DNA of 64,000 bases from Sporopachydermia quercuum (lineage: Eukaryota): contig BCGN01000012.1 in the NCBI GenBank assembly GCA_001599295.1, positions 62,001 through 126,000 on the forward strand, read 5' to 3'. The notes beneath the pieces are model-generated. The model was not told where the DNA came from and ran no database searches. It saw nothing but the letters and a program-made list of their open reading frames with translations. This document shows positions 58,840 to 64,000 of this stretch, one piece after another. The translations under genes were made by a program, and so were the position numbers. The stretch's first letter is position 1. Each line of letters starts with the position of its first letter.

Positions 58840-61328
58840 GCTACTATGCGTGTTTTTATTTCTTTTTTGGTGGTTCATATAGTTGGCCCAAGGTTTTTCA
58901 CTTGTATGGAGATCCTTGTACATTAGTTGATAAGAATAAACAAACACCCAGTTGTTTAGGATACACACATTTTTTCAGACGTAGGATTTTCATGTAGATA
59001 TTGCCGTGGAATAGAAATGTTAGAATTCGATAAGTGGTCTTGATGAAGGACAAGTTTCAGAGTTTACGAATCTGGTTATACCATGAACCTTCCAATTGTA
59101 ATGTTGATTTTAATCCCGGTTTGCCTACTGAAGCAAAACGCCAAACCAGTTAGCGAAAACATAATATCATAGAACTTTTCTCTATTCAAAGAAAAATTCA
59201 ATCTTGTGCTATTTCAAACCAACGATAACTGATAATCGACTTTACACGATGGGCAAGTTTTCACATGCTTTTTGGAGTGAAGGACATTGGAACTCCACAC
59301 AAAGTGGAATGTTCTGAAAGGAGAGCAATAGAATTAGAACTTCTTATGGTAATCAAAGCATCAAAAATCAAACTCTATAGCATATGAGTAAATACTTGAG
59401 CAATTCATAAAACTGTTCATATGGATCAAACGAGTAAACTGGTAGCTCTAGAAGGACAATTCTATTGTTTTATTCGGCTTTGAATTATAATCAATCTGTT
59501 GCTAAGTAAAAGATAATTAAGCACAATTATTGATGACGTAATCTGTCATGATAAGATTCATTTTTGGTGTTCTTTTCTCAAAACTTTAAACCATAAAGCG
59601 AAAAATTTTCAAATTTCACGCAAATCGATTAATGTAATTGAAACAACGGTAAAGGCTATGTGTCAAAAAGAGTTCAAACCTATGGTATTCCACAATGGAG
59701 GGTCAGTGAAGAAGTGATTAATTGAATGAAAACTAATTAATAACCAGTAAACTTAGTTATTTTTAGTAAATTCCGGTAAATGCTAAAGCTTTTTACGATT
59801 TTATTAGTCAATTGTAGGAGCTCAAGCAGGTATCAATTGTTTCTTATCAAGGCTTAAAGTAAAGCCCAACGACTTCACAGTCACGTGGACTAATAAGGCT
59901 ATTAAGACCGCCTTGGCCCCATTGATCGTTCCGTACGATACTATGCATAACCAGCCAAAACTTTCTGGTTTATAAATGTTATTCAACTTAGATAATTGCA
60001 GACGAGAAATACAAAATTGATTCGATGTTTGATTTTTAATTTTATTTTTGTTTTTCTTCTCAAACATATTGTGTAGAAGAGATAATGTGTTGATAGTCCG
60101 TCTAGAGACAGTAGAACATACAATTCTATTAAGATGGATTCATTCCTCATTTATTATTGGATCACATCGCAATACCCTTCCGTATAGAATAGTCACTCCT
60201 TTTCGTATTTAATCAACCGATTGAACTTTATTTTTTCACACACATTCACCTTTCTCCCTGCCCCCCCAAAAAAAGAACTAGAAAGTAAAAACAAAAAAAT
60301 ACTAACATAGGAAAACGTTTACATAACATCACAGCCAGTTAGCTACTTGAATAAACAAATATTGAACTACGTATCAATTATGATATACATCAATGAAAAG
60401 GATTGAAATTGAAAGTAAAAGAAAATTCAGAATTATTATTACATAATTGATAGAGAAAGTCTGAAAAGCTTTGCGAAACAATTCAAGAATTGTTCTGTTT
60501 GACTATTAACTATCACATACTTCAAAAATTTAAACATAGTATTGTGGGTGGCGATTGAGCGTTTTTCTGAACAATTATCAACAACTATCTAGAACTACAT
60601 TAAACAGTAAGGCTAGGAAGAGATCAATTGTTCGCAGGGAGATTGAAGCAGTTGAGAGGAGTTGCAAGAGATAAATTGCCGGTAGAAAGAAGATACAAAA
60701 CATTGTTTAGGAATCAAGAGTAAATTATTCATTACTTTGCATTCCACCAAAACGAAAGAAGTAGCTACAACAGTGGAGAGAATTGGAGTATCCTAATTAC
60801 AGCTATTTGGCAATTATAAACAGTTTCACGATTGATATATTCCATCAAATAAACAATTGCAACAATTAAGACATTCTGAATGGTGAAAAAGGATATGCCA
60901 ACTTGTACCAGTTGAAGCAATAGCATATTTACTCACTTCGAGAAGGAAAGTATCATAGAGTAGAACAGAATCAAATCTTGAGTCAGTAGAATCAACTACA
61001 GAACTAACCATTGCGGGAGAATAGTTCCCAGCAAGTTTGATAATTGTTGAGAGAAAGAAGAAATTCACGATTATTCATTCCTAGTGTTTATCATCATTCT
61101 CGATCATCATTAACTATTGTATTATAAAGAAAAGAGATTTTTTCAGCACTTCATTTTACCATCATATTTAATTTCATTTGGGAAGGCAGGGATTTGATAC
61201 ATTATAATAANCAGGCAAATTCATATCGAAAATCATATACTATTCAAGCATTACTAGGCATCAACAATAAAAGAAAGAATCGATAACAATCTAGATATTA
61301 CAATTCAGTTCCATTTCTTATATTCATC

Positions 61329-63677
61329 ATGGAAGACACTACTGGATATGACGCACCTGAAGTTATAAAGGATGAAGGGGTAAACGATGGGAAGGCGTCA
61401 CGTACTCCATCACCAACTAATAATACATCAAATTCAAACCCAAATTCAAGTTCAAATGTACCCAGCATGACAAGTTCAGCGGGATTTTCGTTGGGTCAAG
61501 GCCCTGTACCTGGAGCAACGAGCTCTGGACAATTATCAGATTCAAGTGCAGTATTCAGGTCCAATAATCAGCTACCTAAAAGACAATCTATTTGGAATAT
61601 TCCTTCATATGCACAACCTGGTCCTTCAACAACTACAGGGCTTTTCGCCCCCTTTGACTCCCAAATAAATGGACCTACTCCTCTACCAAGTAGCGCACCA
61701 CCATTAGCACCAGGTCAATCACAACAGCAGCATTCATTATTATTAGATACGGTAGATGAGGCTTCTTTAGGACAATCTCAGTTTGCAGGTGCCCGGGGGA
61801 GACAGCATCCTTCACAAGGTCAATACGATGGATTCAAACACTTTTCATTATCCATGACAGCGCCACTAGAGAATCAAAGGCATTCGTCAACATCAGTATT
61901 AGCTGCTCAGAATCCCAATGGGTCAGCTACTTTTCCAAGCTCAAATTTCAATATTAACGCTAATGCAGGACTTGGTTCGTACCCTCATCAGTTTAATTCT
62001 TTGAATTCATCTTTAGGAAATCCATCAGCTGGTCCAAATTCATCTGTTGTTGGTAGTACTGCTAGTACGCCGTCAACAACGATACCACATCAAGGACCTT
62101 CAGGGGCCTCTCATTTATCATCCAGTCAACATGTCAATTACTTTCCACCAACAAGTTCCACTCAAGGAGTGGGATTAATACCTCATTCAAATCAAAACGT
62201 GACTTACGCTTTGTTTGTTTACAATATTCCATTCAATGTATCCCTAAGAGAGTTCAGGTTGATATTTGCTGTGATACCAGACTATGTGTCCTGTGAATTC
62301 AAGAAAACTTCTATTGATGCGAATGATCCTTGTGAAACAAAATTGGGTATTGCACGATTTCATAGTTATCAGAGTGCGCAATATTGTTGTTCGATGCTTG
62401 ACGGAAGAGCCGATTTGTTTGAGAATGTAGGAACAACGCTAAGTTCACAATCACCTTCTTTTTTACCAGCAATCCCCTTGAAGTGTGAACTTTTTGGACC
62501 ACGACAGTTTCCATCAACAAGTGACAGTTCTGGTTTTATTTCGAAGATGAAAACGCCAAGCGTTAGTAGTCAATCACAAGTAAAAAGTTCAGTGTCTGGT
62601 GCTAGTAGTGGAACGACAGCTGGTAATTCTGTTGTAGGTGCAACTGTAACAAATGTGACTGGGCCCCCAACTAATACTGCGGGTATCATTGGAACTGCCA
62701 TTGGAACTGGAGCTGCTCCTGTAATTGCGTCCGGAAATACCACTGTAACAACATCTACTAATACACCTACAGGTTCTTCACATTATACGACATCTGCAGT
62801 TTCACCTGTTTCAACTAGGTCGTCCTTTTCGGGTGTTTTGTCAGAGCTATCTTCTGCATCTACTTCTACAGGCAGTATACCCAATTCTTCATCAGCAAGT
62901 GCAGTAGGTGCTGCTAGAAGCTCAAGGTTTTCATTTTCTCATGATGTTTATCCACCAACTTCACCTTTAGGCGAAGGTAATGCTGCTATTAATAGTACCA
63001 ACGCAAGTAGTGCTAATACAATCAATGGGGGAAGTGCGTCAACATCAGAATCTGAAAAGCCTAATGATAGTAACACTGACGAAGTAGCTAGAACTTTACA
63101 AGATTTAGCAATAAAGTCACCCCCTCAATCACCAATGGCATTAGCAAATGGTGTAGGCCATGGACCAGGACAAATTCCACCTAGCGCAGCCAGCAAAATC
63201 GTCATGCAGTATTCTCCAGGCTCATCATCTACTTCTTTACAAGTATTACAAAGTGGCGGTAGAGTTTTGCCTCCAGCTAATCCCGCTGATCAAAACCCTC
63301 CTTGTAATACATTATATGTTGGAAATTTGCCCATGAATGCTAGCGAAGAAGAGTTAAAAGCTTTATTTTCAACTCAACGTGGTTATAAACGGCTATCATT
63401 CAAGAATAAAGGTAATGGACCAATGTGTTTTGTTGAATTTGAAGATGTTGCATATGCTACTAGAGCCTTAACTGAATTATATGGAAGAGGATTAAGTAAT
63501 TCAGTGAAAGGTGGGATCAGGTTATCATTCTCAAAAAACCCATTGGGCGTTCGAAGTCAAAGTAAAGGAAGCAGCAGCCATCTAAGTAGTAACACTGGTA
63601 ACAGTAATACGAATGGAATCAGCACAAGTGGTTCAGGTAATAACAACTCTCAGAATCATAAGTATGGATGGCGATAA
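61329..63677 (+). CDS. WHI3: RRM RNA-binding protein Whi3/Whi4/Scw1
   Basis: Signature [47 protein letters not shown]; a second RRM-like segment (ALFVYNIP...GIARF) mid-protein. Confidence 0.92.
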   Translation: MEDTTGYDAPEVIKDEGVNDGKASRTPSPTNNTSNSNPNSSSNVPSMTSSAGFSLGQGPVPGATSSGQLSDSSAVFRSNNQLPKRQSIWNIPSYAQPGPSTTTGLFAPFDSQINGPTPLPSSAPPLAPGQSQQQHSLLLDTVDEASLGQSQFAGARGRQHPSQGQYDGFKHFSLSMTAPLENQRHSSTSVLAAQNPNGSATFPSSNFNINANAGLGSYPHQFNSLNSSLGNPSAGPNSSVVGSTASTPSTTIPHQGPSGASHLSSSQHVNYFPPTSSTQGVGLIPHSNQNVTYALFVYNIPFNVSLREFRLIFAVIPDYVSCEFKKTSIDANDPCETKLGIARFHSYQSAQYCCSMLDGRADLFENVGTTLSSQSPSFLPAIPLKCELFGPRQFPSTSDSSGFISKMKTPSVSSQSQVKSSVSGASSGTTAGNSVVGATVTNVTGPPTNTAGIIGTAIGTGAAPVIASGNTTVTTSTNTPTGSSHYTTSAVSPVSTRSSFSGVLSELSSASTSTGSIPNSSSASAVGAARSSRFSFSHDVYPPTSPLGEGNAAINSTNASSANTINGGSASTSESEKPNDSNTDEVARTLQDLAIKSPPQSPMALANGVGHGPGQIPPSAASKIVMQYSPGSSSTSLQVLQSGGRVLPPANPADQNPPCNTLYVGNLPMNASEEELKALFSTQRGYKRLSFKNKGNGPMCFVEFEDVAYATRALTELYGRGLSNSVKGGIRLSFSKNPLGVRSQSKGSSSHLSSNTGNSNTNGISTSGSGNNNSQNHKYGWR

Positions 63678-63907
63678 CTACATCCCATGAATGCTTATCC
63701 TACTGATGATACATTCATCTTTTTGTTATTAGTATCAATTTGCATTAGTATTCGGTGAGGTCACTCAAGTTCCTTAATTGCTGGCAAATTCATAGAAAGA
63801 ATTCACATTGATGTATATGTTTTTTAACGCATACCTCAACTCATTTTCATATTATTTTCTGTCATTATTATCGATTATACTATATCAATTTCTCGTTTCT
63901 CATCTCC

Positions 63908-63937
63908 ATGTTATGTTATGTTATGTTATGTTATGTT
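63908..63937 (+). repeat. (ATGTT)6 pentanucleotide microsatellite
   Basis: Six tandem ATGTT units downstream of WHI3. Confidence 0.9.
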
Positions 63938-64000
63938 ACGTTCTTTTATTTTGTTGTGTTATATAAACTTCTCTCGTCATTATCTTTTTTTTGCTATTGT

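Noticed and set aside
63675..63760. Stop-codon readthrough of WHI3 (TAA CTA) adding a hydrophobic tail
   Set aside because: TAA is the least leaky stop, and the known motif is TGA CTA; no other support.
1..64000. tRNA, rRNA, CRISPR arrays, intact transposons, secondary-metabolite cluster
   Set aside because: No cloverleaf with A/B boxes, rRNA-like sequence, spaced repeat array, transposase/RT ORF or biosynthetic core gene recognised by eye. Small ncRNAs cannot be excluded without a covariance search.

Overview
Eukaryotic, AT-rich genomic DNA from a budding yeast (Saccharomycotina), with scattered ambiguous 'n' bases. It is more intron-rich than S. cerevisiae and appears to use the standard code (CTG at the conserved Leu of EFL1 INLIDSPGH). 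I support 22 protein-coding genes: dynein light intermediate chain, a BCL7/Rtt102-like protein, TAF1, PRC1, CHS7, RIA1/EFL1, IBD2-like, MAF1, RAD57, RPS13, two UGA4/TPO5-type permeases, DUF202, DUF1774, TMEM205-like, an MFS transporter, GTT3-like, eIF5A, an enlarged SDS3-like protein, a TYSND1/DEG15-like protease, SLC35F-like and WHI3-like. Six of these need splicing that the ORF track does not show; I reconstructed their exons by hand. I found no tRNA, rRNA, CRISPR array or intact mobile element. The most interesting signals are post-transcriptional: an intron-containing 32-codon uORF ahead of MAF1, a second in-frame splice donor inside the long eIF5A intron, several 5'-leader introns, and a stop-free in-frame intron. 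Family calls come from remembered motifs, not database searches.
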